Origin: a virus
Taxonomy: Duplodnaviria > Caudoviricetes
IMG/VR virus record: IMGVR_UViG_3300037603_000023
Location: 817 to 64,816 of that record
Strand: one strand, 5' to 3'
Length of the DNA: 64,000 bases
Each line of letters opens with the position of its first letter. Positions within the stretch are counted from its first letter, which is position 1. Positions 9,156 through 18,643 of the stretch are shown here, in pieces. A program made the translations under genes and the position numbers. A model generated the notes under the pieces. It worked only from the letters and a program-made list of their open reading frames with translations. It did not search any database and was not told the DNA's origin.

Positions 9156-10637
9156 TTACTGGATCTGCGCATCGAGCGCGGTGGAGATCTGCTGCACGAG
9201 AAGCGACAGCGCTTCCTCGTAGCGGCGGCTGCGGATGATGATCTTCCGCAGGACTGGCGGCTCTTCGGCGTAGAACGTGATGTCGATGTTGCCCTGCCGC
9301 AGTTCGGAAGGCAGGTTCCGGTCGGGCTCGAACTTCACCCGGTAGTCGAGGATGAAGCCATCAGCCTTCAGTTCCGCAAGCTGCGATTTCAGGGTGTTCA
9401 AGATCGCCTCAACAACCTGGATGGTGATGTTGTGGCGCCCCAGATAATATCGCTCTGCCTTGATCTGCAGGAGCTCCATGTAGTCGCGCAGGCGGCAGAC
9501 ATGGGCGAACAGATATGCAGAGTCTGGGGAGAGCGTGTCAGTGCCCCAGAAGACGAACCCGCTGTCAGACAGCGCGCCGTCAACGCCGATGTCACCCTTC
9601 ACGACGATGCCGGCGTTCTGCTCAAGGTCAAGCTGACCTTCCGAGTTGCCGTCGATGATCGAGAACGGAATGACCGGCGTAACGCCGACGATACCGTAGA
9701 GCGACTGGTTGGCCGCCGACTTGCCTGGGATGCCGCCATTCTGCGCATCGCGCGAGATGTAGGCGCCAATGACAGCAGGCGAGAGTGGGCGCGTGACGGC
9801 GGAACCGCTGACCGACACCTTGGCATCCTGGCGCAGAGGATGGAGGAAGCGAGATGTTTCGGGAAGGGTTTCACGCCAATCCAACCAAGCCTGCCGTGTG
9901 GACGTTGGCCCTTCGGGCGGACAGTGAGCCTTCAGGCGGTCGAGGATCGTCGGCAGGGTGGCGCAGACCGGGTTGGCAAGCTGCTCAAGAACCGCGGTCA
10001 GGGACGCGCCAGAGCCGGCGTCCGACGTGACTGCGAGGGTCGGCGCCGAAGTGTAGCCGGTGCCCGGGGTGATATCGACAGTCAGGATCGCGCCACTGCC
10101 GTCGACCGTCGCAACGGTCGCAGAGAAGCCGGAGCCATCGCCACCAGTGCCGGCGATAGCATCCCCAACCACATAATCGGCACCACCGTCGCCGATCGTG
10201 ATCGAGCCAACCCCGTTCTGGGACTGCGAGGTGTAACCCGGCACCATAATTAGGCGAGGCGTCAGGCCCAGGTTCGACGGCGCATCAAGGAGCGCCCACA
10301 TGCCGGTGCGGCTCGCCTCGTTGCCGACGATGCTCTGGATCACCGTAAAGGCGTCATCGTCGTGCGCGACACGCACCACGACCACCTTGGCAGCGCCGGT
10401 GCCCTGAAACTGCGCGGTCATCAGATCGATGCCCTGCGGGATCGTACCAGTGGCGCCCAGCTTCGCGCGGAGCGTGGTGTCCGCGGTATTGAGGTAAACC
10501 TCAGTGTTGAGAGGGAAAGCAGTTGCATCAGCATCATCGGCAGTACCGACGATGCCTACAATGCTCATGTCAGCGCCGAGAACCGACTGGTTCTCAACGC
10601 CATCGCGAATGTGCTGAATGCCAGCGACAAGTGTCAT
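9156..10637 (-). CDS. tail sheath protein (P2 FI-like)
   Basis: RTGMWALLDA...PRLIMVPG, FVFWGTDT, VKFEPDRN motifs; 493 aa. Confidence 0.92.
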   Translation of the reverse strand: MTLVAGIQHIRDGVENQSVLGADMSIVGIVGTADDADATAFPLNTEVYLNTADTTLRAKLGATGTIPQGIDLMTAQFQGTGAAKVVVVRVAHDDDAFTVIQSIVGNEASRTGMWALLDAPSNLGLTPRLIMVPGYTSQSQNGVGSITIGDGGADYVVGDAIAGTGGDGSGFSATVATVDGSGAILTVDITPGTGYTSAPTLAVTSDAGSGASLTAVLEQLANPVCATLPTILDRLKAHCPPEGPTSTRQAWLDWRETLPETSRFLHPLRQDAKVSVSGSAVTRPLSPAVIGAYISRDAQNGGIPGKSAANQSLYGIVGVTPVIPFSIIDGNSEGQLDLEQNAGIVVKGDIGVDGALSDSGFVFWGTDTLSPDSAYLFAHVCRLRDYMELLQIKAERYYLGRHNITIQVVEAILNTLKSQLAELKADGFILDYRVKFEPDRNLPSELRQGNIDITFYAEEPPVLRKIIIRSRRYEEALSLLVQQISTALDAQIQ

Positions 10638-10682
10638 GAGGGTTCTCCTTGCTTGCCTTGCCCAAGGGCCGGTTCGGGCAAC

Positions 10683-10704
10683 AAAAAACCCGCCGAAGCG
10701 GGTT
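10683..10704 (-). terminator. intrinsic terminator
   Basis: Minus strand AACCCGC-TTCG-GCGGGTT followed by a T run. Confidence 0.8.
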
Positions 10705-10731
10705 GATCAGGGTTCGTGGTTGGTGAGGCGG

Positions 10732-11199
10732 CTACCAGCCGGCCTCGATGTCGATGGCGTCAAGCGCGGCCTGGTCGGCCGCTGCCTCGATCGCGTCTTT
10801 AAGCGCCCAGGAGTTGGCGTAGAGCGCTTGCCCCCACGCCGCCATTGAGAGCAACACGGCAAGGCCGTCGCTGTAGGAGAGCGTAATGATCACGTTGTCC
10901 TCAGTGCGGAAGTTCGCGCCCATCGTCGCGCCCGCGCCGCCAGCAACGGCGGCTGAGTATGCGGCCTGCGATGTCAGCCAGTTCACCTGGTCGTCGGTGT
11001 CACGGGTTTGCAGCACCTTCTCGCCATGCGGTGCGCCGAAGTCATGCGTGTATCCGCCTGTCAGTTTTTCGGCGAGAAGGGCAGACACAGCGGCGCGCTT
11101 GGCGGCCTTGTTTTCGGCGAAGGTGAGAGGCGTGTGGACCGTTGAGGCGTCAACTTCGACCCGGACTCCACCCGTCTTCATTACCGTTGTCGTCGTCAT
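10732..11199 (-). CDS. tail fibre assembly/chaperone (DUF4376-like)
   Basis: Follows the fibre gene; ...LKDAIEAAADQAALDAIDIEAGW C-terminus. Confidence 0.75.
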   Translation of the reverse strand: MTTTTVMKTGGVRVEVDASTVHTPLTFAENKAAKRAAVSALLAEKLTGGYTHDFGAPHGEKVLQTRDTDDQVNWLTSQAAYSAAVAGGAGATMGANFRTEDNVIITLSYSDGLAVLLSMAAWGQALYANSWALKDAIEAAADQAALDAIDIEAGW

Positions 11200-12242
11200 C
11201 CTGTCACCACCCTGTAAAGTTGGGCCTTGCCGCTGGCGATGCTATTGGATGAGAAAAGAACGCGGGCGGCGTCAACACCAGCCGCGCTAAGTCGGCGCCC
11301 GGCAAACACGCCGACACACGTTGAGCCCAACGCATTCACGAAAGAAATCGAGCCTTTGACGGTCGTATAAACGGCGTCGGACGGTGCGCAGATTGTAATT
11401 TCTCCGCAACAACCGGTTTCATTTGTGTCATTGCCAATACGGCTACTGTTACCCGAATCGAGGTTCGCTTTTATCGCGGTCGTTCCGGTGCTCTCGGTAG
11501 CTGACGCGACGGTCCCGATCTGGTTCAGAAGACCGAACGCATAATCAGAAGCTCCACTATCAAAACTAGACCCGCCGTCAGTTGATGTCCTAATGAGTAG
11601 GGCAACGGCATCGGCTACTGGCTTCAGATCCCAGAACTTTATGAGGTATTCTTCATAGTCGCCCGTCAGGCTGAAATCCAAAGCCGCGACTGGCGTTCCA
11701 GCCTCCACCTCAAACATCGTGCCAATCGGAATAAGACCGGGCGACGGTGGCGCCGGTATCGCCGCAATAGCCGCGGCACGGGCCACCGCTTCAGCATCAA
11801 TGGCATCGGAAAGCGCGCTGTCAGCCGCCGTCCGCGCCGCAGCTTCCGCCACGATCGCATCCACCAGCGCCTCAATCGCCGCCTGCGCATTGGTGTCGTC
11901 GGGCAACAATGCGCCATAAGCCGCGACCGTGACGTTCTCGGCGCCAACGCCGCCGGTCTGCAATGCCTGCAGCGCATCCTCGGCCAGCGCGATTGCCGCC
12001 GTGATGGCGTCCATATCTTCTTGAAGCGTGACGATTTGCGGCGCAACAGCGTCGGACAAAAGCCCCTGCGCGGTTTCAATCGCCGCGTCGGAAACCGCGT
12101 CTTCAAAGCCATCGGCGGCCGCTTCGACCGCATTCAGGCGTGCCTGCAAGCTAGCGAGGACGGCGTTCCAAGTCGCGGCATCTAGGCTATGGGCGGCCGT
12201 GACCTGGTAGCCGTTAGACGCGGTCGGCGGTGTCAACGACAT
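11196..12242 (-). CDS. tail fibre / receptor-binding protein
   Basis: N-terminal Ala-rich coiled coil (AEAAARTAADSAL) and beta-rich C-terminal domain. Confidence 0.75.
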   Translation of the reverse strand: MSLTPPTASNGYQVTAAHSLDAATWNAVLASLQARLNAVEAAADGFEDAVSDAAIETAQGLLSDAVAPQIVTLQEDMDAITAAIALAEDALQALQTGGVGAENVTVAAYGALLPDDTNAQAAIEALVDAIVAEAAARTAADSALSDAIDAEAVARAAAIAAIPAPPSPGLIPIGTMFEVEAGTPVAALDFSLTGDYEEYLIKFWDLKPVADAVALLIRTSTDGGSSFDSGASDYAFGLLNQIGTVASATESTGTTAIKANLDSGNSSRIGNDTNETGCCGEITICAPSDAVYTTVKGSISFVNALGSTCVGVFAGRRLSAAGVDAARVLFSSNSIASGKAQLYRVVTG

Positions 12243-12402
12243 CGCTGCCCTCCTTTGCGACCAGCTTGGTCAGATACGCGCCGCGGAAGATGTGCTCATT
12301 GAGCGGACGCAACACGCGCCCGCCCGCAATCGTAACCGGCCGGGCCAGTTTCACCTTGTACTCGGCCTCCGGCTCGTATACCGGGGTTGCTGACTTAGCC
12401 AT
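12214..12402 (-). CDS. small baseplate-region hypothetical protein
   Basis: 62-aa ORF in late operon with proper spacing. Confidence 0.6.
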   Translation of the reverse strand: MAKSATPVYEPEAEYKVKLARPVTIAGGRVLRPLNEHIFRGAYLTKLVAKEGSDVVDTADRV

Positions 12403-12412
12403 GGTTCAATCC

Positions 12413-14740
12413 TCAAAGCGCGTGCATTGAAATGTCCTGCACGAAGCAGGCTTTGGTGACGTTCGCCGTCGTCATGGTCGGACGCACCCGCACCGCCGAA
12501 ACGGCCGATCCCGTCAGATCAAACGTCGAGATGATCTTGCGGCGTTTCGGCCGGAAGTAATCGACCTCGATCTCGGTGGTGTCGGCTGTGTGCGTGGAGC
12601 CGCCCGCGATGATCGTCGCGGCATAGGTGTTGTCGGCCGCATCGAAGTTGTCCATCGTCGTGACAACCACGATCGTTTCCGAGGAAACGCCGAGCGCCAG
12701 TTCATCCGAAACCGCCACCGCCGATGTGCGGATACGCATCGCCACGCCGCGTGCCGTGTTGTCCAGCTTGATCGCCGGAGCCAGATCGGTTGTGCCGATC
12801 ATCGTCAGCCGCAACCCGACCTGGGCAGGCAGCCCCACAAGCGGGGCCGGATCGCCGGTCAGGATCGGATACCAGGTATCGTCGCCAACCGGCTTAATCT
12901 CCCATGCAACGGCAGTGCCGGCCGGAGCAAAGCCCGAATAGAGCAACTGGATCTCCGACATCCCATCTGGGCAGGACAGCGGCGCGAAGTCGATAACGGT
13001 GCGGGTCGATGCAAACTTCGCCGCCTTGATGCGGAAGCAGAAGTCGTTGAGATTGTCGCCCTGCGCCCAAACGCCGTCAGTTGCCCAGAACAAGCTGCCC
13101 TGCGCAAACTTGTTGCCCGAAACCGTGTTGAGCGCATGGTTGCCGACTGTGACCGTGTACCAAGCGAAACGCTTGCCGGCCTCAAACAGCGTCGGCTGCG
13201 CCAGCGGGAAGGATACCCACCCGACCGAAAGCTGCGCCGGCGTAAGCACCGAATTGGCGACCACCTTTTCAAACTGCGGCGCACCGGTGGCGTCCACTTC
13301 GCAGACGAACAGGTTGATGTTGCCGGTAGAGCCGACGCGCGAGACCTTCAGGTCGATCGAGGTGGCGATCATTGTCTGCGAAATCAGGAATGTCTGACCG
13401 TAAATCGAGCCGTTCACGCCGAATTCCTCGACGTGATAGTCCCAATAGGTCGACGACCAGGTTTCGTACCGCACCTGCTGGACCGTGTAGCCCTTATGGC
13501 CTTCCGTCGCGGGGTTGGAGTTGTAAGATACCCAATCCGCCGTCTGCCCGTCAGCCGTCGCAAGATTGCCCGTGGCGAGGCCGGATGAGACATACGTCTG
13601 ACCGTCGACGTTGAACGTGTCGCCAACGTGGACCGATCCGAGGTCTTCCCATCCCGCATAGTTCTCGCATGCGACAAAGGACGCGCCATAGGAAATCGAC
13701 GTGCCCGATACGGTCCGCTGCACCGCGGTTTCGACTGAATGCACCTGGTCGGAAATGTCCTTGGTGCCGCCGCTGCCGTCGACTTCGATGCGGACTTCCT
13801 CGGTGAAGGCCGGTAGCGCCAAGCTATCGCGGATAGTCAGCTTCGGATCGGCCGGCGTGGCCAGCGCCATCTGCGCGTCCACGATCTGCGCATAGCCGAA
13901 CCGCACGCCCTCACGGATGCGGGCCAGCCAGTCGGCGTGCTGCTTGTCCCATTCGTCCTGCTTCAAGCCCTGGTCAAACCAGTAGGCCCGCGCGGTGTCG
14001 GGAAGATCAAGCTGTCGCCGGGTTGCACCCAGATCGCGCTGCATCTGCTGGATGATTTCGGGCCGCGGAATATCGCGCAGCCGGGCCGATACGTTGGCGA
14101 GGTCGGTTTCAAGCGTGGCGGTGCGCTGGATGGTTAGATCAAGCCGGCCCTCAAGCACGGTGATCCGTCCGTCAAGTTCATAGACCGATTTGATGCGCCA
14201 GTTTTCGCCCGGCACGATCTCCTGAATGCCCGCGGTGGTAATCCGCACATAGGCAACGGCGGTGTCGCCCGCATTGACCGTCGGCTTGGCCTGCGGCGCC
14301 GGGCCGATCAGCCCTGCCTGCACCACGAATGTCACGTAGCGTCGGCTGACCTTCGACACGCTAGTTTCAACCGGCACGCTCTCGACAAGCGGCTGCTCGC
14401 CGGTTTCGACACTGCGCAGCGCATTGACGGTATCGGTTGCCGGGCGGGCGATGATCGCCAGCCATCGATCGTCGGTGACGATCACCGGCGAATAGGTCTG
14501 CAGATCAAGCGTCGCCGCCTCGTCCATCCGATAAACGACGCCGTCGTCATAAAGCTCGCCTGCGGTGATCGAAATCTGCGTTGTCGACTGCTGGGCAACC
14601 GTCATCCGGCCCCAATGGTTCGGCCAACCGATCGCGGTGCCGGTGATCCCATCCACCGCCTCGCGGCCGTAAGTGCCGATAGCCGTCCAGTCCGCCGCCG
14701 TAGCAATTTCGGCGTAGGTAAAATTCACTGTCTTGTGCAT
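12413..14740 (-). CDS. baseplate/tail fibre structural protein
   Basis: 775 aa following the gpI-like gene; beta-rich with a central coiled coil. Confidence 0.7.
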   Translation of the reverse strand: MHKTVNFTYAEIATAADWTAIGTYGREAVDGITGTAIGWPNHWGRMTVAQQSTTQISITAGELYDDGVVYRMDEAATLDLQTYSPVIVTDDRWLAIIARPATDTVNALRSVETGEQPLVESVPVETSVSKVSRRYVTFVVQAGLIGPAPQAKPTVNAGDTAVAYVRITTAGIQEIVPGENWRIKSVYELDGRITVLEGRLDLTIQRTATLETDLANVSARLRDIPRPEIIQQMQRDLGATRRQLDLPDTARAYWFDQGLKQDEWDKQHADWLARIREGVRFGYAQIVDAQMALATPADPKLTIRDSLALPAFTEEVRIEVDGSGGTKDISDQVHSVETAVQRTVSGTSISYGASFVACENYAGWEDLGSVHVGDTFNVDGQTYVSSGLATGNLATADGQTADWVSYNSNPATEGHKGYTVQQVRYETWSSTYWDYHVEEFGVNGSIYGQTFLISQTMIATSIDLKVSRVGSTGNINLFVCEVDATGAPQFEKVVANSVLTPAQLSVGWVSFPLAQPTLFEAGKRFAWYTVTVGNHALNTVSGNKFAQGSLFWATDGVWAQGDNLNDFCFRIKAAKFASTRTVIDFAPLSCPDGMSEIQLLYSGFAPAGTAVAWEIKPVGDDTWYPILTGDPAPLVGLPAQVGLRLTMIGTTDLAPAIKLDNTARGVAMRIRTSAVAVSDELALGVSSETIVVVTTMDNFDAADNTYAATIIAGGSTHTADTTEIEVDYFRPKRRKIISTFDLTGSAVSAVRVRPTMTTANVTKACFVQDISMHAL

Positions 14741-14748
14741 GGTGCCCT

Positions 14749-15414
14749 CTAGGTCAGCGAGGTTCGATCAACGAAGGAGCCAAAGGTCAGGCTGCCATCG
14801 AGAAGCGGTGCATCGCCAAACCGAAGCTTGCGGCGGTGCGTGAATGAAACTGTGTATTCGGCGTGCTCGAACTTCGCGATTCGCGCGGCGCGCTTGGCGC
14901 GGATGATCGGTTCGCGGGACGGCGGTCGGGTTGCGGCTATACCAACCGCAGACCGGCCGATGACGAACGCATTGCCCGGCATATCGAGCGTCACCTTGAT
15001 CAGATACCGCGCCTTGTAGGGCGGGTGTTGGATCGGGTTGATGCCGACGGCCGACTGCCCGATGACGAACTTTGCCGGGTAGGCAACCCGATCGATCACG
15101 GTGGCGCCGACGAACCAGAGATACCGCTTCAGCCCCTCGAACGTGCCCTTGAGGTCGCCAAGCTGTTCGCCCGGATAGGTCTCGGACAGGCCGGCGGACT
15201 GCGCGATCATTTCGCGCTTTGTGGCGACGGGCCAATCGTCAAACCAGAGGTCGACCGAATAATGCGCGGCCAGCCAGGGCAGCCAGGCAACCGGCGTCTG
15301 ATACGGGTCCATGATCTGCTCGTAAGGCACGGGCAGTTCATCGGACATGGCATGCGCCAGCGCCTTTTCAAACGTGTCCGAATTGCCGGGCAGGATGTCG
15401 CCGACGATGCTCAT
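14749..15414 (-). CDS. P2 gpI-like tail/baseplate protein
   Basis: DPYQTPVAWLPWLAAHYSVDLWFDDWP...KR...KGT motif. Confidence 0.9.
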   Translation of the reverse strand: MSIVGDILPGNSDTFEKALAHAMSDELPVPYEQIMDPYQTPVAWLPWLAAHYSVDLWFDDWPVATKREMIAQSAGLSETYPGEQLGDLKGTFEGLKRYLWFVGATVIDRVAYPAKFVIGQSAVGINPIQHPPYKARYLIKVTLDMPGNAFVIGRSAVGIAATRPPSREPIIRAKRAARIAKFEHAEYTVSFTHRRKLRFGDAPLLDGSLTFGSFVDRTSLT

Positions 15415-16337
15415 CCGCGCACCTCAAACCCAATTGTGATCGTACCAAGCACCGGCACCTTGTAAGGATCGGGATCGAGCGCCACCGGTGCATTGTCGCG
15501 CACCTTCAAAATGTTCGGCCCGTAAGCCGCACCCGCCATGAACCCAGCCGGCACTTCGCCACCGATCAGCGTCCGATCGTCACCCGCGGCACGCACTCGC
15601 GTCGTTGCTTCCGCCACGAGGACGGCCGGCGCCGGGCCTATCGCCGGCACTTCAATCGTCAGGTCAACGTCGTACTCAACCCGCGTTGCCGCCAGGATCG
15701 AGATTGCCACGCCTTCCGGCATCCGATTGACATGACGCACCGCGGCGCTCACCGCAGCGCGCTGCTCGTCTGTCGGTAGCGCGCCGGCCGGGCCGATGAT
15801 CACGACATCGGTGTCGCCACGGCGACCATGGATGTCGAACCCGATCACCCGGGCGTCAAGCATGGCAGGCCAAGCCGCATAGGCGTCGAAAAGATACCGA
15901 CCCGCCGATCCCGATGCCTGGGCATCAAACGACAGCAGGTATCGGCGCAGAAGCTGAAAATCGCTTTCCAGCACCGCCGGCGTGTTGCCCGTCGCCGCGA
16001 CAATCGTCAGGCGCTCAATGTTTCTGCCGGCCACCAGATTGTCGAGATTCGTACCCGTCGAGAGCGGCCCAAGAAGAGCTTTGATGCCGTCGTTGACACG
16101 CTGGCGATCGAGCAGACGGATGTAGGACCACGCCTCGCCAATGATGATCGCCGGGTCCGTCTCAAGCATCGAGACATCGTAATCCGGTAGCGTGTCGTCG
16201 ATCGCGCGCGCATCTGCCCAGAACGCTTGAAACCGAGTCTTGTATGCCGCGAGCAGCGCTTCGTAATCGAGCTCTTCGATTGCAGTCGGGGCAGCTATGC
16301 GAGTCAGGTCAATCGTGGTCGGCGCGTAGGAGGTCAT
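15411..16337 (-). CDS. baseplate J-like protein
   Basis: IEELDYEALL, ETDPAII, GTNLDNL, ESDFQLLRR, AGSAGRY motifs. Confidence 0.92.
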   Translation of the reverse strand: MTSYAPTTIDLTRIAAPTAIEELDYEALLAAYKTRFQAFWADARAIDDTLPDYDVSMLETDPAIIIGEAWSYIRLLDRQRVNDGIKALLGPLSTGTNLDNLVAGRNIERLTIVAATGNTPAVLESDFQLLRRYLLSFDAQASGSAGRYLFDAYAAWPAMLDARVIGFDIHGRRGDTDVVIIGPAGALPTDEQRAAVSAAVRHVNRMPEGVAISILAATRVEYDVDLTIEVPAIGPAPAVLVAEATTRVRAAGDDRTLIGGEVPAGFMAGAAYGPNILKVRDNAPVALDPDPYKVPVLGTITIGFEVRG

Positions 16338-16338
16338 G

Positions 16339-16719
16339 TCAGACACCGGACGTGATCACGAGGGATCCGTTTGAGAAAGAGATGAAGGCGCGGGCCTGCT
16401 CGAAATCGAGATGGCCGTATGGGCGATAGAGCCCGTCCATGGGCATGTCGGCGACACCGCCACGGGTGAGATCTTTCGCATCGAACCTGGTCACTTTGAA
16501 CCTCGGCTCGAACAGGTCGATCAAAGCCCATGTGATCGCCGCCCAGCGCAGAATCGTCTCGGCGGTCATGTTCTCACCGAGAAGACGCAGGCCCGGGTTG
16601 CCGAACCAAGGGCGCATCACACGAGGCCCAAGCGGAGTGGTCAGAATCTTCTCGATGGATTGCAGGACATGGGCGAACCCCTCAAGAGGGCGACCAGTCC
16701 GCGCGTCGATGCCGCTCAT
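16339..16719 (-). CDS. baseplate wedge gpW/gp25-like protein
   Basis: GIDARTG...HVLQSIEKILTTPLGPRVMRPWFG. Confidence 0.92.
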   Translation of the reverse strand: MSGIDARTGRPLEGFAHVLQSIEKILTTPLGPRVMRPWFGNPGLRLLGENMTAETILRWAAITWALIDLFEPRFKVTRFDAKDLTRGGVADMPMDGLYRPYGHLDFEQARAFISFSNGSLVITSGV

Positions 16720-16928
16720 TTCCGGCGCCCTCTGCCGCGCTTGCGTGGTACGGGCGACGCCTGAGACGCCTCCGATTCAACGGTGCGTTCTGCTACGGGA
16801 ACGATATGCCCAAGCCGCAGCGGGTGTTCGGCCGCCAGATCGGTCAGGTGAACGGTCTCATTGATGCCTGGGTTGCGGATGCCGGCGACTTCGGCGCCAG
16901 CCCGCTCCGTGACGAGATAATCTTTCAT
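16716..16928 (-). CDS. small hypothetical protein
   Basis: AGGAG RBS and ATG at 16928; overlaps gpW start. Confidence 0.65.
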   Translation of the reverse strand: MKDYLVTERAGAEVAGIRNPGINETVHLTDLAAEHPLRLGHIVPVAERTVESEASQASPVPRKRGRGRRK

Positions 16929-16938
16929 CAGATCCTCC

Positions 16939-17478
16939 TTACTCCGGGATACCGCTGACACCGAGGCCGGGTTCGACGTTGATGTGTTTGTGGGTGTCGT
17001 CGATCTTCTTTCCATTCGACGTGACGTGCCCGCCATCGAAGTCGACATCTCCAGTGACGCGAAATTTCCCGGTGATGTGAATGCCATCGGCAGTCAGAGC
17101 CGCCCGCACAGACCCAAATGTCAGAACGCGCTCATCCTCACTGTCAGACGGAGACTGGTTATCATCGCTCCAGTGAAACGGCTCGAGCGCTCCCTGCTCG
17201 ATGTCGCCCGTGCTGCCACGGATCGTCATTGTCTGCCCAACACTCGGCGGTGAGTGAACCTTCAGGGCGCCGGCAGTCTGCGAGTACGGCAGCCACGGCG
17301 ACTTGATCACATCGCCATCCGAGTTCTTTCCGATCTCGATCCTGGCCAGCTTCTTCGCGGCGTCGACGTCTGTCACCTTACCGCGCCAGTCAGTGGCGCC
17401 GAGACGGCGATCGTGCTCAACGATCGCGTCGATCAGCGGTGTGATGGCTTCGGCGATGATGTCACCAAGGTCATTCAT
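16939..17478 (-). CDS. baseplate spike gpV-like protein
   Basis: GKVTDVD..KKLAR, SPWLP, PPSVG; C-terminal HKH iron-binding motif. Confidence 0.9.
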   Translation of the reverse strand: MNDLGDIIAEAITPLIDAIVEHDRRLGATDWRGKVTDVDAAKKLARIEIGKNSDGDVIKSPWLPYSQTAGALKVHSPPSVGQTMTIRGSTGDIEQGALEPFHWSDDNQSPSDSEDERVLTFGSVRAALTADGIHITGKFRVTGDVDFDGGHVTSNGKKIDDTHKHINVEPGLGVSGIPE

Positions 17479-18232
17479 CTTCCGGCTCCGGGTCGATAAG
17501 GTCTGTATCGGCCAGCACAGGGATAGCGCCTTCTTCGTCGACTGCGTCCGGCGTGACCGGGCCAATGCCCAGCCCTTCGATGGCTGCCGAAGTCATGTGC
17601 AACTGCATGGCCGCATCCTGATAGGATTCGAGGTCCGCAGGGTTCTCGATCGCGGCCTTGAAGACGTCGGCTACCGCCTCGTCGCCATTGGCGCGCAACG
17701 CCGCATCCAGAAGCTGGTAGGTTTGCGACAGCGGAGAGCCAATTTCCGGCTCCCGCAACACGGTGAGAGCAAGAGAGAGCTCCACCGCCGGGACTCGAAC
17801 GCCTGATTCGTGTTCAATGAGAATCTGCCGGTAGGTCCGGTCGCCAATTGATAGGACAAGCTTCCGCCAGATTTCCGACCACGGCTCAACTGTCTTCGCC
17901 AGCGCGTTTTCGACCTGCCGGGTGATGATATTCAGTGTCATGCCGGAGTTCTTGCGGCTCGGCGAGAAAGCCTCGCCATCAGGCATCTTCACCCTGTTCG
18001 GCGGTAGGTAGATGTAGACTTTCAGATCTGCATCACCGGCGCCACCATCATCTTTCGCCGTCATGCGCTCGATGTAGACCGCGATATAGGGAAGAACCTC
18101 ACCTTCCGCGGCCTTGTTCACCAATCCGTCGACCGGATCGATCGGCGATTCCTCGACGTTTGTGCCGGCCCAGGTGGCTCCGGTGATCAGCTTGCGAGCC
18201 GTCGTGATGATAGCTTGTGACGCGATACTCAT
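17471..18232 (-). CDS. putative tail terminator/neck protein
   Basis: Position between head-closure gene and gpV; function inferred from synteny only. Confidence 0.55.
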   Translation of the reverse strand: MSIASQAIITTARKLITGATWAGTNVEESPIDPVDGLVNKAAEGEVLPYIAVYIERMTAKDDGGAGDADLKVYIYLPPNRVKMPDGEAFSPSRKNSGMTLNIITRQVENALAKTVEPWSEIWRKLVLSIGDRTYRQILIEHESGVRVPAVELSLALTVLREPEIGSPLSQTYQLLDAALRANGDEAVADVFKAAIENPADLESYQDAAMQLHMTSAAIEGLGIGPVTPDAVDEEGAIPVLADTDLIDPEPEDE

Positions 18233-18627
18233 GCCGGCACACACACGCAAACGATGCGGCCGAGGCCGTCTTCATCCGGCTCGCGGCTCAGAACGAAGTG
18301 CTCGACCGGCGATCGAGAAATGAGGGAAATCTTGTCATGCTTCCGCGGCATCCAATTCAGGACAGCCGCATCGATGGAGACATGAACCCGCTCCGCAGCA
18401 ACGAACGGCTGGCGACCATCGAACTGGCCCTCATCCGTAACCGTCGCTGCGACGGGATTAAAATCGGGGATGGCCGTCACGTCGAATGACGGACGGCCAT
18501 CATCTTCGGCCTCGCCTCCGTAGTCACCAGCGCCTGGCTTCATGCCGGTGACACGCACGGTTTCCCCGTACACATCATCAATGGCACCAGTAGCCAGGCG
18601 CTCGAGATCTGCGAAGATGCTTGGCAT
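18229..18627 (-). CDS. head-tail joining/closure protein (lambda FII-like)
   Basis: FADLERLATGAIDDVYGETV N-terminus; directly after major capsid. Confidence 0.7.
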   Translation of the reverse strand: MPSIFADLERLATGAIDDVYGETVRVTGMKPGAGDYGGEAEDDGRPSFDVTAIPDFNPVAATVTDEGQFDGRQPFVAAERVHVSIDAAVLNWMPRKHDKISLISRSPVEHFVLSREPDEDGLGRIVCVCVPA

Positions 18628-18643
18628 TGCGGTCCCTTAAAGC

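Noticed and set aside
11196-14740. Diversity-generating retroelement or invertible tail-fibre cassette
   Set aside because: No reverse transcriptase, no TR/VR pair differing at adenines, and no invertase or inverted cassette seen in the window.
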